A DNA stretch of 62,996 nucleotides, the filler included, from Reticulomyxa filosa (Eukaryota > Protista > Foraminifera): NCBI GenBank assembly GCA_000512085.1. It is 21 parts of 21 records of this genome, joined end to end, with 100 filler letters (N's around TTAATTAATTAA, not from the genome) between each part and the next. Parts side by side here need not be neighbours in the genome. Positions count along the whole stretch, not along the records: positions 1 to 8,652 come from ASPP01006881.1; positions 8,753 to 10,268 come from ASPP01008887.1; positions 10,369 to 13,323 come from ASPP01017584.1; 18 more parts are not named here. The stretch is one strand, 5' to 3'. A model generated the notes under the pieces. It saw only the letters and a program-made list of their open reading frames with translations. It was not told the origin of the DNA and searched no databases. The position numbers and the translations under genes were made by a program. Shown here piece after piece: positions 1-12,388 of this stretch. Position 1 is the stretch's first letter. Each line of letters opens with the position of its first letter.

Positions 1-1269
1 ATATCCGAATACCTTCTTCAAAAAAAAAGAAATGGTCAGATGACATTGAAAATTGACGTCAAAGATATAAAAGAATTTTAGTCAATTCGAAGAAGAAAAA
101 AAAACAGATATGATTGTAACTTGTTTAAACTGATTCACTAATGAATACTTAACAAAGAACTCTTTGAGCTTTGCTCGAACAGGCTTCACATGAAAGATAA
201 AAAAAAATAAAAAAATGGAATTGACCCCTTTTTTAACAGTTTTTGGAAACATAATTTTTCTTTTCGTTTTCAATTTGATTATTCAAAAGATGTTGAATCA
301 TTTGTGTGTAAAACTCAGAAATAATCTTAACTTGTGTTTTGTAACATAAAGTCAGAATAAAAATTTTATATAAACAACCGCTTCAATTATATTGGATGGA
401 TCTGGTATTTATGCCCTTTTTGGAGATGTTGTTATTTACTAATTGTACGTATTTTTTTAATAATAAAATTTGAAATAATTTTTGTTGTCACTGAAATAGC
501 AATAAGTATATCCATATGAAGTTAAAGCTTATTATTGATAATCAGTTATCCAACGCTCAAGTATTCACGCGGCTTTTCTCTTTTTTTTGGTAGTGTAGGC
601 GAGTCCATACTGTAGACGGTTGAACTCTGAAATCTTGAAGAACCCCGGTGGGCTAAACTTCTTCACCAACTTTCTTCACTTCTTATTTTTTTCTTTCTTT
701 TATTGTGTTATTATCTTTTATTTGTTAATTCACTATTGTTTTACCGAAACCAGCTTTCTTCGAGGAGAAAGCTTTTCGTATTACATTTAGTGCAGCCGAC
801 GTCCCACAGTAGAAGAAGTTTTGATTCAGGGTGATGTTACATGCGGGGTACTGAAATACATTACTAGTGACAGCACAAAAAATTTGCCGAAACTATGTCA
901 TTATTTTTAAAAAAGAATGGAAAAAACTAATCATTTATTCGTTTTGTCTGTTTTTAGGATTTAAAACGTTTGTAAACATTTAAAAATGACATTTCCTGGC
1001 CAATAAATAAACCAACATTTGAAAAAGTCACAAGAAATAAAAGATATTTAGATTCACAAATTACATACAACAAAACACAATATTTTGTGCTTTTTGTGTA
1101 ATCAGCGGTAAAGACATGAGCAGAGAAGATCGTGTATTACTTGAAGACTGTAAAACTACTTCAAGTGTTCAACCCAAAGATGGTTTCTTTGCTAGTACGT
1201 TTTACTAAAAGTAGAAGTTGATTATTGTAACTCACAAGTTTTCCTTAAAAAAGAGCTTAAAACGAGAAA

Positions 1270-2657
1270 ATGTTATTTTTTGCATTCCTTTTTATTTTAC
1301 TTAGATTCTGTTTTGAAAATGTTGCTGCTTTAGCAGTCTCAATAGAGCCAGATGGAATAGCAAATGAAATAGAAAATGAAGAAAATGTAAACCCAGAGAG
1401 CGGCACAACCGAGTTAGAGTTTGAGATAAGTGTGCGCAACTGGCGAGGAAATACAATATCAGTGTGGGAGCTTTTGGCAGTAGATCCAGAGCAGGGCAAA
1501 GACGACGCCATCGCAAAGTTTTTGCTGACAATACCGTCGGATCATGATGGGTCTATAAGACTCGTCCCAGGGACCCGCCTCGGCCTTTCAACAGGAACAA
1601 GTAAGGCCCCTGATGTGAACTTGTTCAATAGCGTTTTCGTGTACCCTTACATGAAGGAGGTTCACGTTTTGCCCGCAGAAACGCAAATGCGTTTGCAATC
1701 TGACGATGCAAGATATATCGAACGTTACCATAAGTTTGCAAAGAAATATTGGCAAATACACAACCAAGAGAGACACTGGATTAATTTTTTTCCATCCTAT
1801 AAACCCATCCATCACATTCACAAGACACTACACAAGCCCAAAGAGTCGTTCAATCCCACAAAAACACAAGTGTTGTTCTCCAATGCATCTTATTACTATG
1901 AGTTTCGTGCCATTACCCATCACGCACATAAAACACATATATGCATACATACGTATTCTGTTACCCAATTGGTACACCATAAAGTACCTCTCATTGTATA
2001 AATATATATGTATATAGCAGTACATAGAGATAAACACAAACATAAACACAAAAAAGCAAAAATGACACGCCAGTTGAAATAACAATGAAAAGTTTATGCG
2101 ATAAACCCCGTTTGTTCCATTTGTCGAATGTCCTGAACGATTTGGAATGTAACATGCTAAGTTATTTGGCGGCCTCGAATAACTACATTCCGTTGTACAA
2201 ATCCGAGAAAAAGGACGAAGTGGCACATCACACGTGGCTGTCTCCAAACACGTATGCCCTTGTTCATCGGTTGTACGAACGCTTTGCAGACGTATTGAAG
2301 ATCAATACGTCGATGTTGTTTAAGTCCGCCGAAGACTTGAGGATCGTTCGGTACAAGGCACCCAATGGACGGTTACGCCGGTCTTTTGATTACGTACGTC
2401 CTCTTTCTCCGAAAAATCGTCTTTTGACTTTGGTCGTTTTTTTAAATACTATGGGGGAAGAGTTCACGGGTGGGAGGTCTCACTTTCCTGCTAGTCAATG
2501 CAACGCCAAGGTTTCTCCTAAAAAAGGCGATGCTGTGCTGTTGTACAATATGTTGCCTGATGGAAACTTGGATGAGCTTGCATTACGTTCCAGTCTCAAA
2601 GTTACTAATGGGACCCAATGGGTTGCCGTTTTGTGGGTTTGGAACCCCGAAAAATAA
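1270..2657 (+). CDS. Secreted prolyl 4-hydroxylase-like 2OG-Fe(II) oxygenase-fold protein with degenerate metal ligands; at least one intron at ~1900-2073
   Basis: Hydrophobic N-terminal signal. C-terminal exon has KPRLFHLSNVLNDLEC, AEDLRIVRY, NRLLTLVVFLN..GG.SHFP, VSPKKGDAVLLYNMLPDGNLD and GTQWVAVLW, matching the P4H catalytic-domain pattern. Confidence 0.8.
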
Positions 2658-4370
2658 TTTTTTTTTTTTTTTGCTTATGATTTGAAGAAACAACTTTCAA
2701 TTCGACTGTGATTGTAAACATGGGATAATATGTATGAGTATACGTATATAAAAAAAAACTTTCGTTCTTTTAAATCTCCCAATCCAATAACAAACTGAAA
2801 TAAAGTAAAAGAAATAGCATATTCTAATGCTGTCATAATTCATTTGATTGCATACTACTTTCATTGGATGATTGTTTTTCCAATCTTTAATTGAATGCAT
2901 GAAGAGGGGGGAAAAAGAAAAAACTACAAAAAAAAACACATCAAATTATGTACAAAATGCATGCACTTCCATTTAAACATTTTTTCGGCTGCTTGCCCCT
3001 GGTTTTATGTGGTGACAATAGTCCACGTTATATGAGCACTTGCAAAATAAATTTGTTCAAACAGCACAATAAAAAGGCCTTTTTTTAATCGGATTTCCTT
3101 TTGATTGCAAAAAAAAGCTGAAAGAATTGACGAGATAAGCAAGAGAAGACAAGAATAACGAAAACGGATAAAAGGGGGTATGGGACAGAAAGAGACGGTA
3201 CACAAAAAAAAGTGTCGTTCGTTAATTATCGAACTACAGACTGAATGAAGAAATATTCCATTTGCAAACTCTTATTGTGCAATTGCAAAATTTCACAATG
3301 AGTTGCAATAAAACAAACAAAATTAAATGGCTATCGTTTGAATAAAATCTTTAGGGGGCAGAGTTGTTCACTGATTTTTATGGTGTTATTTTCCTTTGCT
3401 GAAGATACTTTTACAGCTCTTTTTTGACAGAAAACAGCATTTGGAACATTATTTTTGAATATGTTACAGATTTTTGCATTTGTCAGAAAACTCAAAGTTT
3501 ACACAGCACTACAAAAACGACAGCCAAATAGAATCTATGAAAATAACTGATTTTTTCAATAAAAAACCGAGATTTAAGCAAAATCTTTTTTTAAAATATC
3601 AAGTGCTGTGCTTTCAAATATTGACTAACTTTTTATTTTACGCTCAAAAATATTACAAAAATGTGTTCAAAAATCAGAAAAACTTTAAATGATTCAAATT
3701 TTTCGTGTCTATGACGTACACTCTGCCTTTTAAAACTTTGTTATATTCGGAAACTCATTGTTGATTATATCTCTATTTCATAAAGAGAAGTAATCGTTAT
3801 AAACTTTTATTTAGTTGTTATACTCTACATGTAGAAAATCTTTTCCAAAAACTACTTTTGAGCAAGATATTCAATATGTGATATCCATCTTCATCTTCAG
3901 TGATGTTTGGGGCAACTGACGCCTTTTTCTAAGTGAAAAATTAATAAAAATAAAAAGATGTACTTTGTCTCAGAGCTAGATCAATCAAAGCACAATATTT
4001 ATTTGTAATCAATTTTGAAAATAATATGGGTTCAAGGTAATGCAATTTCAATTCTTACAAAGTTTTAACTTTTGCCGTGAAAAAGGATGTCAAAAGAAAA
4101 GAGGCTCAACAAAAGAAAAAATGGACACCCTCTATACTGTTCAAGAAAACAGGAAGTTTCTAAAGTTCGTTTTTGGAAAAAAAGGGCAGACCAAGTGCAC
4201 TAGATTCGTGAATGCAAATGACAGCAAAAGAAACTGGTTCTTTAGGCCACCAAAATTGTTGTTTGAGACTTCCGCCTTATCGTTGTGGTGCGTCTTTTTT
4301 TAATAAAAATATAATTTTGAAAAAGCAAGGAAAAAAAAGGGGGTGCGAGAAGTGTAGTAAATAAATTTTA

Positions 4371-7300
4371 ATGATCAACAGAGAGGCGATTGTTGCGTTA
4401 TTTGAATCGATGCCATTCGTTTATTCGTACGTTGGAGCCTTGTTTTACAATGATTGTTCCATACTTAACAATAGACGACTTAGCCAATTTATCGATGGTG
4501 TGTGGCATCCTCAGCAATTGGATGTTGGCTGATGTTGTTGAGTCCCTTTTTCTTTGTTTGTTTTTATGTTTCGCGCACGATCGCAACCACATTGAGGAAA
4601 GGACAAAAAAAAAGGTATGGCGAAAAGCCTGCTTGGCTAGCACTCAATATGCAGATTTGATTAAACAACATTTAAGAGCAGAAACATGGTACCAATTGGC
4701 TACCTCGTTACGCTTAGAGGAGCTCAACCCCTTTCGTCAATACATTTCAGTTTGTGATACATTTTTTTTTAAAAAAAAAAGGGGGAGGGAGGAGAGAAAA
4801 AAAAAAGCACCACTTCAAAAACCTTATTTAAAAAAAGTTTGAGTTTGTTGTATGAAAAAAAGTGTATGAGTGGTGGAAGTGTGCAGCTATTAGACCAATG
4901 CTTTCGCAAATTGATAACAAATATTCGTGAGACGAGCATTGCCAATCCTTCAATATTAAAGTTATCCATGCCACCTACACAACTGTTTCACACAGAGTGG
5001 CTGTTCCGATGCTGCGTGTCATTACGAAATGACAGACACGGCTTAGTCCCACAAGGGCTACTGCCCAAACTGTTCCACTCCATTTTGAAAGAATATTGTT
5101 GTAAATATGCGTCACTCCAAGTTTTACATGTTTTTTTTTTTAGTTGGCATATATATGTATGTATATGCATATATGTATATGTTTATAACCGTGTATGATG
5201 TTCGTTTGAACCCTTTTCTATATAATTTCAACCAAGGTAATTCCTTTAAGAAAACGTACATTACGTTGGCTAGTGAGTGAATGGCATATCTACGAGTACA
5301 TTGTGGATCGATTGACAATGCTTTCACAAAAAATTGATGACCATAATTACCAATATGAACCCAATAATCATTTTGTACCGCCTCCCCCACATGACCCACA
5401 ACATCCTCATTACGCCTCTTTCTTCAACGCTCTGCAGCAGAATCCACACAACATTGCCAATCAACCCATCTACAATTCTGCCGCTTTGGCTGCTGCCATA
5501 AGTGCAAGCTATGGCGCTGAATGTGTGTGTCTTTGTCTTGCTTTCTCCTTTTCACACACATTACACATTGCACATTACACATTACACATGTTGTTTCAAA
5601 CAACCAAAAAGGTCCACTTTTTGTTTGTTTGTTTTTTAAAATTGAAATGGGAAAAAAAAAAAAAAAGAGGGACACATATAATTAAAAAAGAGAGTGGTTT
5701 TTTTTTCAATCGTAAATTGGAAAAGAAGAGCGACGACATAAAAAAAAACAGTTCATAAACATAACCACGGGCCAGAGGATTTGATGGCGGCATTGATGCA
5801 TGGCAGACGATGTTCTGCCACAGTGGTATCGAAGAAGAAGCGTAGAAAAGGATGGCATCAAGTAGTAACGGCAAAGCACACGTCAAGAGCGTTTATGCGA
5901 TTACACAAAGCGTTGTATGCCCATTGTCCTTTAAACGTTGTGGTGAATCGCAAGTTAAATTTATCATCTCATGATAGTTCCATTGATGATTTGAGTGGGA
6001 TACTCCCGACTCCAGGTCCTGGAACCACTGTCACCACAACAACGACCACCTCGTCCATCAAAGGGAACAAAACCACAAAGACAACTACCACCATTACCTC
6101 TGACGGCAAGCAAACGACAAAAGTCACCAAAGAGACCACTGCAAATGATCTCCTTCACAAACTAAAGTCGCATCCCAGTCCAATGGTCAGAGGCGAAGAG
6201 GAAGATGATGCATCATTGCAACAACAGCACGAAGGAGGAGACATTGAACAAGACGACGATGATGACGATGAAGACGATGCAGGTTATAACTATTTTTAGC
6301 TGTAGTTTAAAAAAAAAAAGAGGGAAAATGTGCATTAAAATAAGAAAAATGTAATCCAAATGCAATTATTACGTAATGTATACACATACATGGATTAGAT
6401 GATGAAGAATCATGGGGGTTTTTCGACTCGGACAGTAGTAATAGTGAGTCTTATTGCAATTGCGCGGCGTGTGCTCTTGGCATCGATGCGAGCATTTTGA
6501 ACAAGGATGTGAATGAGTTAAAAACACTAAAATACATTGCTTCCATAATCGAAGAGACATCCACAACAACAGCAAATGCCAACACAGCATCAGCGACGAC
6601 ATTGTCCAATAAACATACTCGAGTCAATCCCAAAAGGAAACAACATGACTCCCCCAAAAAATCCAACCCTCATTTGAATACTTTGCCACATTTGTCCATA
6701 TTACCGCCTCATTTGTCCTTGTTCGCCAAATACTTTTTATGTGCCGATGTATGTGTGTATGTGTTTATGGCAAGCATTAAAAAAAAAAATCATACACATT
6801 TATATAAACATATGTACACATATATGTGTATATATCAATCGAATCATCAATAAATTTGGTTTGTGCACACAATCGGGAAGCAAATGGAAGGATTTAATCA
6901 TTGGCGACGATTGGTGAAGGAAAGCGAGCAACAGAAAGAGCACCGATTGTTGGCCGAGGTGTGTATAATATTGGACAGCATAGGAGTGCGTTGTCCGAAG
7001 AAATGGATGCCAAGCAATGTGGTGAATCGACAGTTTTATCATTATGCCGACACGAAGATGACAATCGTATTCAAAGGCCATGTGTACCAATTGGACAAAA
7101 GGGCCGCTTCGCTGTCGCCGTATTTGCGAGAGTTTATGGGGCGCGAATATCACTGCGCTGTAGACTTGTCGTGGATGGACGGCGACCAAGTATATTTTGG
7201 AAAGCTGTTACAGTTTTTGGAATATCATGTCAACGATCCTCTGCCGCACATACCTACTCCCGTACAATCCAAAAACTGCGCAAAGTTGTGCCTCAATGGT

Positions 7301-7812
7301 ACGCCAAATTCGCCTTGGCGTGCGATCGTAGAGATTGCTTTGTTATGATTTTGATTGGCAACGGCCTGGCCATCTCACCCTTGGTTCATTTATTTTGTGC
7401 CAGAATCGCCACTATGATCAAGTCTTTGAGTGATGAGGATGTAGATGAAATCATGTCTGAGGAAAAGCCTATGCCTGTCGATGATGAAACGCAAAGAGAC
7501 AGGATTATCGATCGTGAAAAACAACACTTGTTGCGACAAAGGCAATCGTGGATGAAGCCCAAATGTGCGACGCTGGCCACTAAACTTGGTCACGCAAATA
7601 ACCAAGAATGGCACATTTATCAACACCCCAATGTCAATGCTAATGTTAACGCAAATACCAATACTAACACTAGTATCAATACAAATGCCAATGCCAATAC
7701 TATCCCTATTTCTAATGCTAACGCTACTAATACGTGCTTGACCGGCTTTCGACATGAACATGATTACGCCGAAAAATGTGAGCACGCATGTGAATGTGCT
7801 GATGCAAATTGA
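4371..7812 (+). CDS. 7-exon gene: N-terminal F-box, low-complexity middle, C-terminal Skp1-like domain
   Basis: F-box: IVPYLTIDDLANLSMVC...VWRKAC. Phase-consistent GT-AG introns at ~4534-4614, 4750-4862, 5121-5236, 5523-5751, 6283-6398 and 6749-6880. Skp1 pattern: KLLQFLEYHVNDPLPHIPTPVQSK/LRKVVPQWYAKF...ILIGNGLAISPLVHLFCARIATMIK. Needs single-base corrections at ~4420 and 7271-7275. Confidence 0.72.
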
Positions 7813-8652
7813 CCTTATTGCATTTGCAAACAACGGGGGAATATAACATTCGGAACCCCATCACCATCGTACTCACAATGGAAATAAGGGAAAAAAGACC
7901 AGAAAAACTACCGTTCTTGGAAAAAGTTATTCCAAATTTGATGGGAATTTTTTTTTTGCTAAATTCAATTTTTTTTTGGCACTACTCTCCCCTCTTCTTT
8001 TTTTTTATGTTATTTTTTATTTTCTCCCGTCCCAAGCGTTCTTGATTTACGTTTTTTTTGTTGTATTGTGTTTATTAAATACAACCTCTTGGATTTTTGT
8101 CACAACAAGAATGAAGTAATTTCATTCGGTCATGTTGAAATATGTTTACAATCTGTTTCATCACACACCTTCTCTCAACTGAAAAATAACTATCTTTTAT
8201 ATTACCACTTCGCACAATGTTCACAAAAAATGAATTATATGCTCAAACTGTAAAAAAACATGTTTGATACACCAAATTGATACAATGAGAATGAGCCACA
8301 AAGGTTATGGAATATATTTGTTGTAAGTTTGAGAAGAGTTCTCTTTTTTAACAGAAAAGTACAATGTAACTTTCAAACTAAATACTGTCAGAAAAAAAGG
8401 AAATTGCATTATTGCGATGTCGGAAAATTATTAGAGAGCTTTAATAAATAGAAATTCTTCTTTCAAGTTACGTTGCTAGAGCTAAATTACGTGGATGAAA
8501 TTTTCAGAAATTTTGTGTTTATTTTGTTAAAAAATTAATAAATATATTTAATCAGAATTTTCAACAACATTTACGATCGGGCAGTTTTAAATATCGTTTG
8601 ATTGCTTCTTTTTTAATAAATATTAAAGTTTTGAAGGTTTTAACAATAAAGA

Positions 8653-8752
8653 NNNNNNNNNNNNNNNNNNNNNNNNNNNNNNNNNNNNNNNNNNNNTTAA
8701 TTAATTAANNNNNNNNNNNNNNNNNNNNNNNNNNNNNNNNNNNNNNNNNNNN
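8653..8752. other. Artificial contig spacer N44-TTAATTAATTAA-N44 (first of 20)
   Basis: Identical 100-bp spacers with a six-frame stop start at 8653, 10269, 13324, 15259, 16677, 19531, 20710, 24253, 26796, 28145, 29245, 30523, 36407, 37668, 39914, 43470, 47968, 51761, 56196 and 57623. Confidence 0.99.
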
Positions 8753-9417
8753 TCTTCAATAGCAAAATATCATGTAACCCTGAACCAAAGTTAAAATTCG
8801 ACTCGTAATTGTCATTTACAAAGAGGGCGTTGACTGAAACATGTTATCCAGTAACATCAAGAGCGATTTTTCTTTACTTTTTTTCTTTGTCCCAATCTCC
8901 TGACACTTTATTTTTTCAAATTTTTTCAAGCTCTTTTTATTTAGTCACATTTGTAAATTTTACTTTAATTATTGCAAAATATCATTCGAATTTGTATTAA
9001 CTAAGTCACGCTCGTTTTGTTCAAGCTATTTATTTGCTTATTTGCATTTTTGGCACTTTGCTCTACTTGTCAAAACTAAAATATGATATATAAGTTAACT
9101 TTTGATTATCTAAAAATATTACTTTTTCCCAATTACAGTCTAATTTTGTGTTAACTAATAAAATTAAATCACTTTGCTATATTCTTTAGTTAATTTTAGC
9201 TTTATCTTTTTTGTAATTGTATAGCCTTTTTTTTTTCAAACTACTGTATTTAGACTAGTAGTTTAAGTCAATAACAAACAATTTCAATATTGTCACAAAT
9301 GAATTTGTTGTTTTATTTAAATCATTTCTTTATCGAGGTTTGTTAATGATATTTAACAACCAAAAACTAGTTATACCTAGTAACACCTCGTTTTTTTTTA
9401 CATTAGAAAAAAGATTT

Positions 9418-10161
9418 TTACAAAGGCGTTGTTTGTCCTTTTCTTGGAACAAAAAACATTTCCATGCCTTCTTTCAATTGTAAGGTTGCACTGAAAACAG
9501 GTGTAAATTTCTGTCCTTGTTTTAACTTCAAGTGATATTTGACGATAATTTTGGCAATTGCAATTTTGGCTTCCATCAGTGCAACATGTTTTCCTAAGCA
9601 CAGCCTTGGCTGTACATTAAAAAATGGATAGTAATAGGCAGGATGAGGTTCTTTACAATCCAAAAATCTCTTGGGATTGAATTCTAAGGGATTCGGCCAG
9701 AGTTTTTCAAGTCTTGCAAGTGCAAAAGAAAAGATAACAATACCATCTCCTTTTCGAATGATTTCCCCTCCGGGCATCTTGATATCCTCTTGAGCAAACC
9801 GCAGCATGGTCGGAACAGATGGATGCAAGCGTAGAGCTTCCAACAAAACAGCTTCCAAATACGTCAGTTTGGAGATATGTTCGAACGTAAGCCCTTCCAA
9901 TTTCGCCAGGTCTTTGTCGTTGGTTATTCCAACCACCGACTTGAGTTCGTTGAGGATATTGTCTTGAATTTCGGGATACAATGACAGTTCATAGCAAGTC
10001 CACGTCAACAGACTGGCCGTTGTGTCTCTTCCGGCAATGATAAAGTTGATGGCAATATCACGTAACTCTTTTTCACTTAACTTCTCTTTCGACGATACCT
10101 CTTCGTTCAAAAACAATGAGATCAAGTCATATTGTTTCGCCAGCTCAGTGCGATGTTGCGG
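9418..10161 (-). CDS. Cytochrome P450, CYP86-clan-like (CYP704/86 type); last exon only
   Basis: I-helix LRDIAINFIIAGRDTT, EALR (ExxR), PKRF, heme motif FNVQPRLCLG. 5' part is lost at the contig edge. Confidence 0.93.
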   Translation of the reverse strand, partial: PQHRTELAKQYDLISLFLNEEVSSKEKLSEKELRDIAINFIIAGRDTTASLLTWTCYELSLYPEIQDNILNELKSVVGITNDKDLAKLEGLTFEHISKLTYLEAVLLEALRLHPSVPTMLRFAQEDIKMPGGEIIRKGDGIVIFSFALARLEKLWPNPLEFNPKRFLDCKEPHPAYYYPFFNVQPRLCLGKHVALMEAKIAIAKIIVKYHLKLKQGQKFTPVFSATLQLKEGMEMFFVPRKGQTTPL

Positions 10162-10520
10162 CTGTCCAAGGCCAATACACATACATACCAAAAAAAAAAT
10201 AATAATAATAATAATGCAAAATGATTTTTTTTTTTTTTTTTTTTTTGGTTTTTTTAAAAAAAAAAAAANNNNNNNNNNNNNNNNNNNNNNNNNNNNNNNN
10301 NNNNNNNNNNNNTTAATTAATTAANNNNNNNNNNNNNNNNNNNNNNNNNNNNNNNNNNNNNNNNNNNNAATTCAAAAGTAGAGTGTGATTGAAATTCTTC
10401 CCCCCCTCTTTCTTTTTATCTATCTATCTATCTTTGCATAAGTTGTTGTTGTTGTTTTGGTTGTTTTTTTTTTTTTTTTTTTTGAGCAAAAAAGACACAT
10501 TGTGTTTTGTACTGTGCAAG

Positions 10521-11561
10521 GTATATCCAACACTTGTTTTCAAGTCCTTTGCTGTTGAAAAAGTCGTGGTTTTACGAACAGATAATAAGCGAGGAGACCA
10601 CATTCAACCCCGCGATGAAACGACACTTGGAGTCGAAAGCGAACGCACGTTTGATGGAGTGGACGACTGCGAAAGAATTAAAAGTGATGAATTTCAGAGA
10701 CTTACAGAGTCAACCGAATCGATCGTCGTACCAGTTCCATACTGTATATGTGGTGAAGGAACCTTTGAAGGAAACGAACTTGTTCTTCCATTGGGCCTTG
10801 ATTTTCGAAGGACATGCCAACTTGTTGCGCGTCGAATATTTCAATAACTCTAAAGTCCATTGGCTTCTAGTTTCGTTTGGTCCCACATCCCCATTTGCAC
10901 TTTTTGTTTATATAATTGCTAGCAAGTAAATTTGAATTTGCAAATAACACAAAGTTTGGTTGTCTTGAATTATTTCTGGATTGGGGATGGGGGGGGGGGG
11001 GGCATTGTTTACATCAAAGCACTCCAACACCACTCAAAATAGACGAGCGATTTGGTATCGTTCTCCAGACTTCACTTACCGATGGCTGCTACTGCTCACT
11101 TTGGAGGCTGTTCGCAAGAACGACCCCTTACATGCAAGTCAGATCGGAGAGTGGTTGGAAGAGTGGCAAAAATGCCATACGACATATAATTCCATTAGCA
11201 ACAACTGCCAACACTTTGTCAGGTTCACTCTATTTTTTTTTTTTTGGAGTCAGTTGTACTAATCAATCTATGAAAGCAACTTTCAAACTACAAATAAAAA
11301 AATAGAGATATTGTCGCCCATTTTAATACCCGTGAGGCAGATTATCTGGGCGGAATGATGGATGTTCAAAACAGCACTCTTTTAGCTCCTGGGTTGTTCT
11401 TGCCATACCGTGTCGATCAACTCGCTCGCATTCATAGAGAAAACAAACGTGCCGAATCGTCTAACAAATCAACTGCAAAGTTTGTTTTTTTTTTGAAAAA
11501 CAAAAAATTAGAAACTGCAAACATAACAAAAAAAAAAAACGATACAAACAAACAAAAGTAA
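10521..11561 (+). CDS. Permuted papain-like (PPPDE/LRAT-type NlpC/P60) peptidase-like protein, partial, at least 3 exons
   Basis: His motif FFHWALIFEG precedes Cys motif YNSISNNCQHFVR. Phase-consistent introns at 10870-11019 and ~11223-11305. 3' end uncertain. Confidence 0.65.
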
Positions 11562-12388
11562 TGACACAATCGGGACTGACAAAACGTCGACATTACCATC
11601 AACCTCACCAGCAAAAGTGCAACCTGTTGCAAACGTTCATAAGCGAAACAACTCTACTTATAGACACTCTTTGTTGGAAGATTTTTATTCCATTGTCCGG
11701 GAAAAGGACAATCAAAAGACACAAAAATAACTTTAAGACTATATAATGAATTCGAGTTTACCACTCCAAAGAAATTTATTGTGACTCGATTTTTTCATTC
11801 TGCAGAGTCCTTTTTTGTTTTGTGGTAAGAGTATCCAATTATTTGTTTAAAATGATGTATACAGTTACAATCTAATTTGTTGCATGCATATACACTCGCA
11901 ATACCAATGGTGAAATCAGATTTTTTTTTTTGTAAATAAAAACTGAAAAATAGGAAGTAAAAGCTCAGCTAACTACGAGAAACTATACTAAAACACAATC
12001 TCACGCAAGCTATCCTCTAGCTTTGTTTCAAATATGAAAGATATCCTTTATTTTTATTTTTTCTATCCCGAATACTGAATGTTTAACTCATTATCAATTT
12101 AGAAGAAGAGAGGGGGGGAAAAAAAACAACAAGGATAACCAAACCAAAACGAAAAAGGTTCTAAACTATAGAAAAAGAGAGAGGAAGATATAAATGAGCC
12201 TATTAATAATTTTAAAAAAAATAACTAGTCAGATATTGGAAGAGAAGCAATGGCATCAGAAATGTAATTGCGCATGCACATAATACAGACATATACATAA
12301 ACATATACATATAAGTATATGTATATAATGTATGTGTATATATGTGTATACGTTATATATGTGTATATTGTAAATAAGTATGTTTAGT

